The notes: generated from the sequence alone by a model not told the origin. Shown: positions 1 through 8,459, numbered from the stretch's first letter. The stretch is DNA of 64,000 bases from Bacilli bacterium (GCA_051872635.1 JBJEEA010000009.1:7513-71512); one strand, 5' to 3'. Made by a program: numbers and translations.

Positions 1-1126
1 TAATAATTTGTATTTATATCATCGTTTTCAAAATCAGTAACCATAACAAATCTATATAATACATCTGGAATATACATTTTATTCTTAAAATAATTCTTTT
101 CAATTAATTTCATAAAAGATTTATATAAATTCATAATATCATTACTATTTTCAAATACATAATCAATATATTGCAAATACTTAGCATTTTTCAGTATTAA
201 ATTAGCACACTCTGTTATAGTAAAATCATTTAATAGATGAATTACTATTAAAACATTTGATTTTGGAACTGTATTTTTAATACTATAATGTTTTAAACTA
301 TCTAAATAATTTTCTAATATTTTACAAAAATCATTAATTTCTTCATTACTTTTATTTTTTTTATAAAATTTCGCAATCCATTTATAATCAGAATAAACAG
401 ATAATTCTTCATTTAATAATATTTTATCTATTTCTGATTGTAATATTTTATTTTTATAAAGTTCTTCTATTTTTCTTTTTTCTCTAACATTTAAAATTTC
501 TTTATCAAAATCATTGTAATCATAATTATAATAACCTGTTAACTCTTGAACTTTTTTATTTAATTTATCTAAAAGCAAAAAATCTTGACTACTATTTTGT
601 AAATATTTTTTATAATCTTTTTCTAAATATAATTCAAATGTTCTCTTTTCATTATTTTTAAGTTCCGTTAACAAACATTCTTTTAATTGGTCTATACTTA
701 AATCATCAACATACATTTCTAATACTACATCAAAAAATAATGGTTTTTCAAAATTAGAAGATTCCCTATAATCATAATAATAATCATCGTCATAATATCT
801 ATCATATTTGTAGTAATCGTCTTCTTCGTCTTCATCATAATCACTATTTAACCATGATTCATAATCATCTACTTCATCAGGAAACAGTTCAAAATATAAT
901 GCAGTCATATGTTTACAAGTAATATTTCCATTTGCATGAGGACAATCACAATATGATTTTTTAGGATGTTCTATATCTATTTTTACATAATAAGGATTTT
1001 TTAAACTTCCATCAACATACCCTTCAAATTCATAATCATTTAATTGTTTTACATTGCTAACTTTATTATGTTTGTAATAGTCATAACCTCTACTAACAGA
1101 AGAACTACTTGCACTTGTAAGAATAC
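1..1126 (-). CDS. SWIM-type zinc-finger protein, N-terminal part; the gene continues past the left window edge. TTG start preceded by a GAGGTGG RBS.
   Basis: Reverse-strand translation reads L/MSILTSASSSSVSRGYDYYKHNKVSNVKQLNDYEFEGYVDGSLKNPYYVKIDIEHPKKSYCDCPHANGNITCKHMTALYFELF. This contains the CxC-x(n)-CxH SWIM motif, followed by a D/E/Y-rich acidic low-complexity stretch. It is absent from the ORF track because no stop codon falls inside the window. GAGGTGG lies 7 nt upstream of TTG at 1124-1126. Confidence 0.55.
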
Positions 1127-1151
1127 TCAATTTGTACCACCTCAAGTTATA

Positions 1152-2723
1152 TTATACACTATTATTGTTAAAAGTAACCTTAATATTTATAGTTTTATCT
1201 TCAAATATTTCAATTTTATCAATTAAATTAATTATTAGCTCCCTACTAGGATTTTTCATAGATAAAAATTTATTAATATATTCATTAATGATTTTATTTT
1301 TAAATTCTTCATTTATAGTATCATTAATAGCATTATTTAAATCATTATATCTTTTTTGCTTAATGTTTAGTTCACTTTCTAATTTGACCTTTACTCTTTC
1401 AAATTGTTCTTCAGTTATTTTTTTATTTAATTTATCAATATAAATAATATCTAAATTATCATTTATTTGTCTAATATCATCGGTAAGTATTTTTAACTCT
1501 TTTTTGTTATTGATTTTGTTATCTTCAGTTAAATTATTCAATACATTATTTTTAATTTTATCTTTATTAATATAATTTAAACACATTTCAGTCAAACAAT
1601 TGATTATTACTTTCTCTAATTCATCATAATTATTTGAATGAGTTGTACAAAGTTTTTGTTTTATGTAAGTTCGATAATAGTTACAAATAGTATAGCATCT
1701 ATTATCTTTTTTTCTCCTTGCTTGAACTGATATTCTATGACCACAATCACCACAATACAATAGTCCATCTAGTAAATGATTTTCTTTCTTTTCATTTCTT
1801 CCTACATTTTTAGGTATTCTTTTTTGCACTTCATAAAAAGTTTCTTTATTAATAATAGGTTCATGAGTATTTTCTACAATTATATAATCTTTAGGATTAT
1901 TTCTAACAACTTTTTTAACTTTATAATTTACTTTACTTCTTCTATTTTGTACCATATCGCCTATGTACATTTGATTAGTTAAGATATCCCTTATTGTTTT
2001 TGAATGCCACTGTCCATATTTTAAATTATAATTACTTTTCCATTCAAAACTATAATACCCTGCAGGAGTTTTTATTCCTTCATTAGTTAATTGTTTTGCT
2101 ATTTTATAAAATGATAAACCATCTAAACACATATCAAATATTCTTTTTACAACACTTGCTTGTCCTGCATTTTTTACTAAATGATTTTTGTTATCTGGAT
2201 CTTGCATATATCCAAATGGAGTTCTACCACCAACAAACTTACCTTCTTTTTGTTTAGCTTTTAAACTGGATTTAATCTTTTTAGAAATATCTTTAGCATA
2301 CATATCATTCATAATCGCCTTAAATGGTGCTATATCATTATTTGAACTATCTAAAAATGTATCTATATTATCAGTAACAGCAATATATCTAACATTATGT
2401 TCTGGAAAATATTTTTCTATTAAATTTCCAGTACCAATATAGTCTCTTCCAAGTCTAGACATATCTTTAGTAATTACCATATTAACTCTTCCTAATTCAA
2501 TATCATTTAATAATCTATTGAAATCAGGTCTATCAAAATTAGTTCCACTATATCCATCATCAATATAAATATCATAAACTCTTAAATTATTTTCTTTTAC
2601 ATATTGAAGTAATAAACTTTTTTGATTTGTAATACTTTCGCTCTCATATACTTTATCATCATCTTCACGAGATAATCTTATATAAATACCAACATTATAT
2701 ATCTTATTTATACTCCCTAACAA
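1152..2723 (-). CDS. Large serine recombinase (resolvase/invertase N-domain plus large C-terminal recombinase domain).
   Basis: 523 aa. N-terminal GIYIRLSRED catalytic-serine motif, then a long recombinase/zinc-ribbon region with a C-terminal coiled coil. Layout typical of phiC31/SpoIVCA-type large serine recombinases. Confidence 0.9.
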   Translation of the reverse strand: MLGSINKIYNVGIYIRLSREDDDKVYESESITNQKSLLLQYVKENNLRVYDIYIDDGYSGTNFDRPDFNRLLNDIELGRVNMVITKDMSRLGRDYIGTGNLIEKYFPEHNVRYIAVTDNIDTFLDSSNNDIAPFKAIMNDMYAKDISKKIKSSLKAKQKEGKFVGGRTPFGYMQDPDNKNHLVKNAGQASVVKRIFDMCLDGLSFYKIAKQLTNEGIKTPAGYYSFEWKSNYNLKYGQWHSKTIRDILTNQMYIGDMVQNRRSKVNYKVKKVVRNNPKDYIIVENTHEPIINKETFYEVQKRIPKNVGRNEKKENHLLDGLLYCGDCGHRISVQARRKKDNRCYTICNYYRTYIKQKLCTTHSNNYDELEKVIINCLTEMCLNYINKDKIKNNVLNNLTEDNKINNKKELKILTDDIRQINDNLDIIYIDKLNKKITEEQFERVKVKLESELNIKQKRYNDLNNAINDTINEEFKNKIINEYINKFLSMKNPSRELIINLIDKIEIFEDKTINIKVTFNNNSV

Positions 2724-2911
2724 TTCTTACCTCCTTCTAGAGATAAATAAGTACATGATGATGTTACCTCTCTTTTATCATTTTTACAAATCATCTGAAT
2801 ATATTTTTTTAATTCTTTATTTAAAACATTTATTAAGATATCATTTATATCTTTTTCATTATTAAAAATAAAATTTATTTTATACTTATCCATAAATTTT
2901 GTACACCTCAC
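2717..2911 (-). CDS. Small protein upstream of and overlapping the recombinase start. Likely start at ATG 2893 (MDKYK...) with a GAGGTG RBS. Possible regulator or recombination directionality factor.
   Basis: Small ORF of 58-64 aa depending on start. Overlaps the recombinase gene start by 7 nt. RBS GAGGTG lies 10 nt before the internal ATG. Function unknown. Confidence 0.35.
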   Translation of the reverse strand: MRCTKFMDKYKINFIFNNEKDINDILINVLNKELKKYIQMICKNDKREVTSSCTYLSLEGGKNC

Positions 2912-2939
2912 TTAAACTTATGGATAAATAACTATTTTT

Positions 2940-2990
2940 AGTAATACTAAATCGTGTAAATATTAAATTACACATTAATTTAGTATTACT
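2940..2990. repeat. 51-bp compound palindrome. Perfect 13-bp inverted repeat AGTAATACTAAAT / ATTTAGTATTACT flanking a 25-bp core that holds a second inverted repeat, GTGTAA / TTACAC.
   Basis: Read directly from the sequence. It lies about 30 bp upstream of the small ORF and recombinase operon start. Its size and architecture fit a serine-recombinase att site or an operator. Confidence 0.6.
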
Positions 2991-3304
2991 TATATACATT
3001 CACCTCTTTATAAATTTTCTTTTTAAAAATCATATACATCAACTCCTTTCACGATGCATGCTAGCTCATTAATTAATATTTGTCAAATCATATTTTGCTA
3101 ATATATTTATTTAATTATCCTAACTTTCATTAATTTCTATTAATTCTACAAAAGCAGGATAAGATGATGACCACATAATATAAAAAGAACCCTTATACAA
3201 TAAAGATTCATTATGGTGTCATTCCTATTTTGCACTTGCAAAATTCATCCTACTTTGTAGGTTGATATAAAGGAAAAACTCTTATTTTATAATATATTTA
3301 GGCA

Positions 3305-3352
3305 TTAAAAAACATCCTAGATTTAATAAATCTATTATTTTAGTAGGATGTT
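3305..3352 (-). terminator. Rho-independent terminator downstream of the fic gene.
   Basis: AACATCCTA ... TAGGATGTT 9-bp stem, followed on the minus strand by a T-run. Confidence 0.5.
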
Positions 3353-3360
3353 TAATTTTT

Positions 3361-4131
3361 TTAGTTATTTTCTTCTATTTCAAAATTTAGTAACTCTTCA
3401 CAAGTTTTTTTATATAAATCTTGTTCATGTTTAATAGTATCGATTAAGAACATTTTATCATTTTCATATTCTTTTAAACCTCTCATATAATAAGGTTTAT
3501 CATCATCTAATACAATAAAAGGCATAATGTTATTTCTTAAACATTCTTTAAACATTATAATTCTACCTACACGCCCATTTCCATCACCAAATGGATGTAT
3601 TCTTTCAAATCTAAAATGAAAATCAACTATATCTTCTAAAGTAATATTAGTTTTAGAATTATATTCATTTAATAATACTTTTATTTCTTTTTCTACATCT
3701 TCTGGTGCAGTGGTATTAATAACATTAACTACACCTATTATATTAGGAACAACTTTAAATCCCCCAACATTATATCTAAGATTTTCTTCATCACTAGTAT
3801 TTCTCTTTAAAATTTTATTCATTTCAATTATCATATCTTTAGTTAATAACTCATCAACATTATCTAACATATAATCAAATAATTTAAAATGGTTTTTAGA
3901 CTCTATTAAATCATCTAATTTAATTAAATCATCACTTTTAGGAATAAATGAAGATGTATCAAATATTGCTTCAGTTTGATCACTAGTTAATCTACTTCCC
4001 TCTATCTTATTTGAATTATAAGCAAAATTAACTTGTGAATAATAATATATATTACCCTTAAAATTAGACTCTTTTTGTTTAATTAATTCATTTTTAATCT
4101 TATTTATTTCCATAATCCAACTCACTTTCAT
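3361..4131 (-). CDS. fic: Fic/Doc-family protein (class II; inhibitory SxxxEG helix in cis).
   Basis: HPFGDGNGRVGR matches the Fic active-site motif HPFx(D/E)GNGRxxR. N-terminal SNKIEG matches the (S/T)xxxE(G/N) inhibitory motif. Confidence 0.85.
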   Translation of the reverse strand: MKVSWIMEINKIKNELIKQKESNFKGNIYYYSQVNFAYNSNKIEGSRLTSDQTEAIFDTSSFIPKSDDLIKLDDLIESKNHFKLFDYMLDNVDELLTKDMIIEMNKILKRNTSDEENLRYNVGGFKVVPNIIGVVNVINTTAPEDVEKEIKVLLNEYNSKTNITLEDIVDFHFRFERIHPFGDGNGRVGRIIMFKECLRNNIMPFIVLDDDKPYYMRGLKEYENDKMFLIDTIKHEQDLYKKTCEELLNFEIEENN

Positions 4132-4613
4132 TATATATTATTTGATAAAGAAATTGCCCATTTTAATAATTTATCATTTGCATCTTTTATTTCTTTGTCT
4201 ATAACATTCGAATCTTTTCTTTTACCATTTTTATAATAATAAATTTCCTTTGAAATAACATAATCATCAATGTTATCATTATACACCTTGTTAAACCCTT
4301 CGGGTAAATTATCAAAATTATAATTACTCTCAAACTTTATATAAACTGATGTATATATAGATGGCATAATAATATCATAATTACTTTTTTCTTGATTTAC
4401 TATATAACCAAGATCTTTAAATTCAAAATCATCATTGTTTTTTACATTATATAATTCATATAATCTAGGATCCTTTGCATGTCCAGAACAGCAATATTTC
4501 GTATAATATCCTTTTTTATTTAATATTGATATTGTTTGAGATATATCTTCATCTACTTCAAATACATTATCAACTATTTCAAAAGTTTCCTTATTTATAT
4601 ATTTATGATTCAT
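4131..4613 (-). CDS. Hypothetical protein, 160 aa, translationally coupled upstream of fic.
   Basis: ORF stop overlaps the fic start (ATGA arrangement). No recognisable motif. Confidence 0.5.
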   Translation of the reverse strand: MNHKYINKETFEIVDNVFEVDEDISQTISILNKKGYYTKYCCSGHAKDPRLYELYNVKNNDDFEFKDLGYIVNQEKSNYDIIMPSIYTSVYIKFESNYNFDNLPEGFNKVYNDNIDDYVISKEIYYYKNGKRKDSNVIDKEIKDANDKLLKWAISLSNNI

Positions 4614-4727
4614 AATTATCTCCTTTAAACACTACATTAATATTATACCACACAAAAAGACATTTCTTATCAAAATGCCTTTATTTATACTTATTTTATC
4701 TCAAATATTTTGGTCTATCATAAATTA

Positions 4728-4955
4728 TCACTCTTGTGGTACAGTATGATAAATATTTCTATAAACAACTCTTTCTCTAGGAGTCTCTACAACTGGAGAA
4801 GTAACTCCCCCCATTATAGGCCCTCCCATCATTGGTACACCAACATTATTATAATTCATATTAGTATTATCATTAACATTTTGATTAGTATTAGTTATAT
4901 TAATATCAATATCACCATCATACATACTTTGGTTAAAACCATCACTATAATTCAT
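4728..4955 (-). CDS. Hypothetical small N/G-rich protein (75 aa).
   Basis: ORF carries low-complexity N-rich and GG-rich segments. An overlapping plus-strand ORF also exists, so the coding strand is uncertain. Confidence 0.3.
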   Translation of the reverse strand: MNYSDGFNQSMYDGDIDINITNTNQNVNDNTNMNYNNVGVPMMGGPIMGGVTSPVVETPRERVVYRNIYHTVPQE

Positions 4956-5034
4956 AAATTATCCTCCTATCTACAATTATAATATGTGATTATCAAACAT
5001 GTAGATAGTAAAGAAGTCTAATTTTAAAATAAAA

Positions 5035-5460
5035 TTAATTATTCATATCATAATTCCATAGTCCAAGTTTCCCCCTACAAGGTATTGTCTTTTCATACTT
5101 AATAACATTTTCAAATTTCCAAGCATAATTTCTAGTATGCCCACTTGTCTCATATACTATTGGATTAATTTCTGAAAGTTTTCTATTAAAATCATCATTA
5201 ACCAAAATACAATCAGTCAAAGTAGCCTCACCAATAATAGCACCACTAGAATATTTTAAATCATATTCCTTAAATCTAGGTACATACTCTTCTTCTAAGC
5301 TCATTCCTGCATGTATTAATATCTTCCCTCTATAATTTGTCTTCCAACTTCTAAATTCATACATCTTGTAACCACTAATAATTAAAGTAGCCCAAGGTTC
5401 CTTAATAGTTAATACTTTCATTTTAATAACAACCTCAAAATGGCATTTTAAACTTACCAC
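5035..5460 (-). CDS. ASCH-domain protein.
   Basis: The pattern KEPWATLIISGYKMYEFRSW resembles the ASCH/PUA-like beta-barrel signature. Its start overlaps the ffh stop by 26 nt. Confidence 0.55.
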   Translation of the reverse strand: MVSLKCHFEVVIKMKVLTIKEPWATLIISGYKMYEFRSWKTNYRGKILIHAGMSLEEEYVPRFKEYDLKYSSGAIIGEATLTDCILVNDDFNRKLSEINPIVYETSGHTRNYAWKFENVIKYEKTIPCRGKLGLWNYDMNN

Positions 5461-6742
5461 TAGTCATCATTTTCATCATCTTTTTCATTTCCTCAAACTG
5501 ATTCAAAAGTTTATTTACTTCAGTTACTGTCGTACCAGACCCATCTGCTATTCGCTTCTTTCTACTAGCCTTAAGAATCTCAGGATGTCTTCTTTCTTCT
5601 AAAGTCATTGACAAAACAATTGCCTCTGTTCTTTTCATAATCTTAGGATCAATTTCTATATTATTAAGTCCCATCTTTTTTGCCCCAGGTAAAAGCTTTA
5701 GAATATTTTCAAGTGGTCCTAATTTTTTTATTTGCTTAAGCTGATCTAAAAAATCCTCTAAATCAAAATTTCCCTTCATCATCTTTTTGGCAGTTTTTTC
5801 AGCTTCTTTCTCATCAATCTCATTTTGTACTTGTTCAACTATTGATAAAATATCTCCCATTCCAAGAATTCTCGAAGCCATTCTCTCTGGATAAAAAGGC
5901 GTAAGACCATCCATCTTTTCAGAAATACCAATAAACTTAATAGGTAAATTAGTTAAATGTTTAACAGAAAGAGCAACACCACCTCTCGTATCACCATCCA
6001 TCTTAGTAAGTATTACACCACTAAGCTTAATTTTATCATTAAATCCTATAATTACATTAATAGCATCTTGTCCCATCATTGCATCAATAACCAAAATAGA
6101 TTCTTGAGGATTAACCCTATTTTGAATATTGGCAAGTTCTTCCATTAAGCTTTCATCTATTTGAAGTCTTCCAGCAGTATCAATAAGAACATAATCAAAA
6201 CCATTATCTTTAGCATATAAAACAGCATTATAAGATATTTCTACAGGATCTTTCTTCCCTTCTGAATATACTTCAATTCCAAGCTCTTTACCTATCTGCT
6301 TAAGCTGATCAATAGCAGCAGGCCTATATACATCACAAGCCACTAGTAAAGGTTTTTTCTTATTATTCTTTCTAAGATAATTAGCAAGTTTTCCAATAGT
6401 AGTAGTCTTACCACTACCTTGAAGACCTACTAACATAAGAATAGCGGGTTCCCCCTTTACATTAAGTGGACTATTTTCACCACCAAGTAAATTAGTAAGT
6501 TCATCCTTTACAATTTTTACAAACACCTCTCCTGGCGTAAGGCTTTTATTAACCTCTTCTCCAAGAGCTTTCTCTTTTACATTATTTGTAAACTCTTTTA
6601 CAACTTTATAATTAACATCAGCTTCAAGTAAAGAAAGCCTAATCTCTCTCATCATTTCACTAATATTATCTTCAGTTATTTTTCCATAACCCTTAATCTT
6701 ATGAACAACATTCTGCAATCTATCACTTAAATTTTCAAACAT
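5435..6742 (-). CDS. ffh: Signal recognition particle protein Ffh (SRP54).
   Basis: GLQGSGKTTT P-loop, DTAGR and TKMDGD GTPase motifs, and a Met-rich C-terminal M domain. Confidence 0.95.
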   Translation of the reverse strand: MFENLSDRLQNVVHKIKGYGKITEDNISEMMREIRLSLLEADVNYKVVKEFTNNVKEKALGEEVNKSLTPGEVFVKIVKDELTNLLGGENSPLNVKGEPAILMLVGLQGSGKTTTIGKLANYLRKNNKKKPLLVACDVYRPAAIDQLKQIGKELGIEVYSEGKKDPVEISYNAVLYAKDNGFDYVLIDTAGRLQIDESLMEELANIQNRVNPQESILVIDAMMGQDAINVIIGFNDKIKLSGVILTKMDGDTRGGVALSVKHLTNLPIKFIGISEKMDGLTPFYPERMASRILGMGDILSIVEQVQNEIDEKEAEKTAKKMMKGNFDLEDFLDQLKQIKKLGPLENILKLLPGAKKMGLNNIEIDPKIMKRTEAIVLSMTLEERRHPEILKASRKKRIADGSGTTVTEVNKLLNQFEEMKKMMKMMTSGKFKMPF

Positions 6743-6799
6743 AATTTATCACCTATTACTTATTATACATTATTTTTTTACTTTTTTATTAAAAAGTAG

Positions 6800-6828
6800 T
6801 TGATTTTTCCAAATAATTTTAATATAAT
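6800..6828 (+). promoter_or_regulatory. Sigma-70-type promoter for the tRNA-like gene.
   Basis: TTGATT, then a 17-nt spacer, then TATAAT, about 15 nt before the tRNA 5' end. Confidence 0.35.
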
Positions 6829-6843
6829 ATGTATATATCTAAT

Positions 6844-6918
6844 GCAGATGTGGTTCAACGATTAGAATTCGGCCTTGCCAAGGCTGAGACGGGGGTTTGA
6901 CTCCCCTCATCTGCTCCA
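6844..6918 (+). tRNA. tRNA-like gene of 75 nt with a cloverleaf fold. Anticodon loop TTGCCAA gives anticodon GCC (Gly-type), 3' CCA is encoded. The D-loop and T-loop (TTTGACT) are non-canonical. It serves as the prophage attachment target.
   Basis: Acceptor stem GCAGATG/CATCTGC, D-stem GTTC/GAAT, anticodon stem CGGCC/GGCTG, T-stem GGGGG/CCCCT, discriminator T, then CCA. Its last 17 nt are duplicated at the distal prophage end. Confidence 0.5.
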
Positions 6919-6919
6919 T
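6902..6919. repeat. attL core, TCCCCTCATCTGCTCCAT.
   Basis: 18-bp exact direct repeat of 43765..43782. It overlaps the tRNA 3' end. Confidence 0.8.
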
Positions 6920-6928
6920 ATGTAATTA

Positions 6929-6953
6929 AAGCCTTGTAAATCAAGGCTTTTTA
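6929..6953 (+). terminator. Phage-borne terminator downstream of the reconstituted tRNA.
   Basis: AAGCCTTG, loop taaat, CAAGGCTT, then TTT. Confidence 0.45.
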
Positions 6954-6969
6954 TAATTTTATAGTGTGC

Positions 6970-6990
6970 TTAGGTACATTTTAGGTACAT
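6970..6990. repeat. Tandem TTAGGTACAT TTAGGTACAT. Putative integrase arm-type binding sites (P' arm).
   Basis: The same tandem motif, TTAGGTACAC x2, appears at 43639..43659 immediately after the integrase gene. Confidence 0.55.
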
Positions 6991-7038
6991 AATTTGTATT
7001 TAATATTTATTAATTTTCCAGAGAAAGGAAGATTAATA

Positions 7039-7584
7039 ATGAATAACTACTGTATACACTTAAAGAAGAGAAAAAACAAACCATTCTGTAAGTTACTAGA
7101 TAAAGAAATAACATTTTCCCTATGTAGGGAATGTGATAATAAAGAATATAAAAAAAGTGATATCAAGATATCAAAAAAGTCCGGTTTTCGTTCTAAAAGT
7201 CCGGTTAAAAGCGGGCAAATGAATAAAAATGCACAATCATTGACAGAAAAGCCAGTTAAAAAAGCAAAAATGCACAATAAATCAAAGAAATTGACAAAAC
7301 TAGAAAGAAATAGATTTTCAATATTCACAACTAATAAAGATAAATGTATGTTCTGTCCTGCTACTACTAATTTAACATGGCACGAGATATATCGTGGTAA
7401 GAACAGACTTAATTCTATGATATATGGTTTTTGTTTAAGAATGTGTTTAAATTGTCATGACAAATATCAAGAAGATATTGAATTTAATGATTATTGGCAC
7501 AAACAGGCCCAATTATACTGGGAAGATAATATTGGCTCTAGAGATGAATTTATTAAGGTGTTTAGGAAGAATTATTTAGAATAA
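7039..7584 (+). CDS. NinG/Rap-like recombination-promoting nuclease (Cys-rich, HNH-like).
   Basis: N-terminal Cys pairs (CKLL...CREC), then CMFCPATTNLTWHEIYRGKNRLNSMIYGFCLRMCLNCH, then a C-terminal helical region. Pattern resembles lambda NinG. Start reassigned to ATG 7039 (MNNYCIHL) after a GAGAAAGGAAG RBS. Confidence 0.45.
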   Translation: MNNYCIHLKKRKNKPFCKLLDKEITFSLCRECDNKEYKKSDIKISKKSGFRSKSPVKSGQMNKNAQSLTEKPVKKAKMHNKSKKLTKLERNRFSIFTTNKDKCMFCPATTNLTWHEIYRGKNRLNSMIYGFCLRMCLNCHDKYQEDIEFNDYWHKQAQLYWEDNIGSRDEFIKVFRKNYLE

Positions 7585-7585
7585 A

Positions 7586-7607
7586 GAACTAGTGAATACT
7601 AGTTCTA
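7586..7607. terminator. Bidirectional hairpin between convergent genes.
   Basis: AGAACTAGT, loop gaat, ACTAGTTCT. Perfect 9-bp stem. Confidence 0.5.
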
Positions 7608-8012
7608 TTATATTGTTTCCAACAAAACTCTATGAAATTGCTTAAATTTATGTGTTTTTTTTGTATACTTTTTTATTTCTTTGTATAATTTAGTTTTACC
7701 TATATATATGTATATATCTTTCAAACCTTCTTTTTTATATTTTTCTATAATCTTTAATAATATTTGTTGATGATTATCTGTTATTTGTTCTATTTTTATA
7801 ATGCCATAATGTGGTTGCTTTCTTAATTCTTTATAATCGATGTCATAGGTAATTATACATTGCTTATTATTAACAGCATATTCAAACACTTCTTTATCTT
7901 TTATTCCTTTTTTATTATCGTTTATATGTTCTACATCATATCCATTTTCTTTTAATAACTTTTTTAACGAAACTGGTATATTTTCATCAAGTAAAAACTT
8001 CACACCTATCAC
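7608..8012 (-). CDS. DUF5615-like protein (PIN/Mut7-C-like). Putative toxin of a DUF433/DUF5615 pair.
   Basis: N-terminal FLLDENIP...GYDV.H......G..D.E.....V....C.ITYD.D pattern is typical of DUF5615/COG4634. Confidence 0.55.
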   Translation of the reverse strand: MIGVKFLLDENIPVSLKKLLKENGYDVEHINDNKKGIKDKEVFEYAVNNKQCIITYDIDYKELRKQPHYGIIKIEQITDNHQQILLKIIEKYKKEGLKDIYIYIGKTKLYKEIKKYTKKTHKFKQFHRVLLETI

Positions 8013-8459
8013 CTATTTAAAAAGAGTAAATATTGATTTATTTCCAATATAGTACATTAAACCTTTAAGTATTGTTTTATTTTTTTTGTTTTTTAATGAT
8101 GGATATTCTTCTTTAATATCATATATAAAAGTTTCTGAATCAAAAATGTTTTTTTCACATTTTTCAACAAAAAAATCATAAACAACTTTAACTGGAACCC
8201 TAGTTCCTTTAAAAACCACTTTGCCATTCATAATTTCTTTATTTTTACTTATTGTGTCTCTATAATCCAATTTTTTTAGTTTCTTTTGTAACATCCAAAA
8301 ATTGAAAAAATAAATAAGTTCATCAATAAAATTTGTTTTTTTAACTCTTGTTTTTTTAGATTCATCTTGAATAATTTCATGACCCCATTCCATAACTAAA
8401 TCAGGCATCATAATCAAATCACCATTCCTATCCTTACAATATAATTTCACATATCTCAC
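8013..8459 (-). CDS. DUF433-like protein (COG2442). Putative antitoxin partner; carries an N-terminal extension.
   Basis: C-terminal FKGTRVPV matches the GTR(I/V)PV DUF433 signature. The stop abuts the downstream DUF5615 start with a 0-nt gap. Confidence 0.55.
   Translation of the reverse strand: MRYVKLYCKDRNGDLIMMPDLVMEWGHEIIQDESKKTRVKKTNFIDELIYFFNFWMLQKKLKKLDYRDTISKNKEIMNGKVVFKGTRVPVKVVYDFFVEKCEKNIFDSETFIYDIKEEYPSLKNKKNKTILKGLMYYIGNKSIFTLFK

Noticed and set aside
1132-1443. Plus-strand ORFs of 60-150 aa lying inside minus-strand genes, for example 1132..1443, 13656..14063, 44428..44889, 58790..59131 and 62859..63074.
   Set aside because: These are antisense reading frames in AT-rich DNA. 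The proteins are hydrophobic and low-complexity (I/F/L/S-rich), there are no RBSs, and they fully overlap well-supported genes.
4710-4982. 90-aa plus-strand ORF overlapping the N/G-rich minus-strand ORF.
   Set aside because: It is as repetitive (I/N-rich) as its partner. Only one can be real. The minus strand was chosen because all neighbours are on the minus strand, but confidence in either is low.
6843-6920. Reading the tRNA-like element on the minus strand.
   Set aside because: No acceptable T-arm or D-arm and no CCA end on that strand. The plus-strand fold gives a full cloverleaf ending in CCA.
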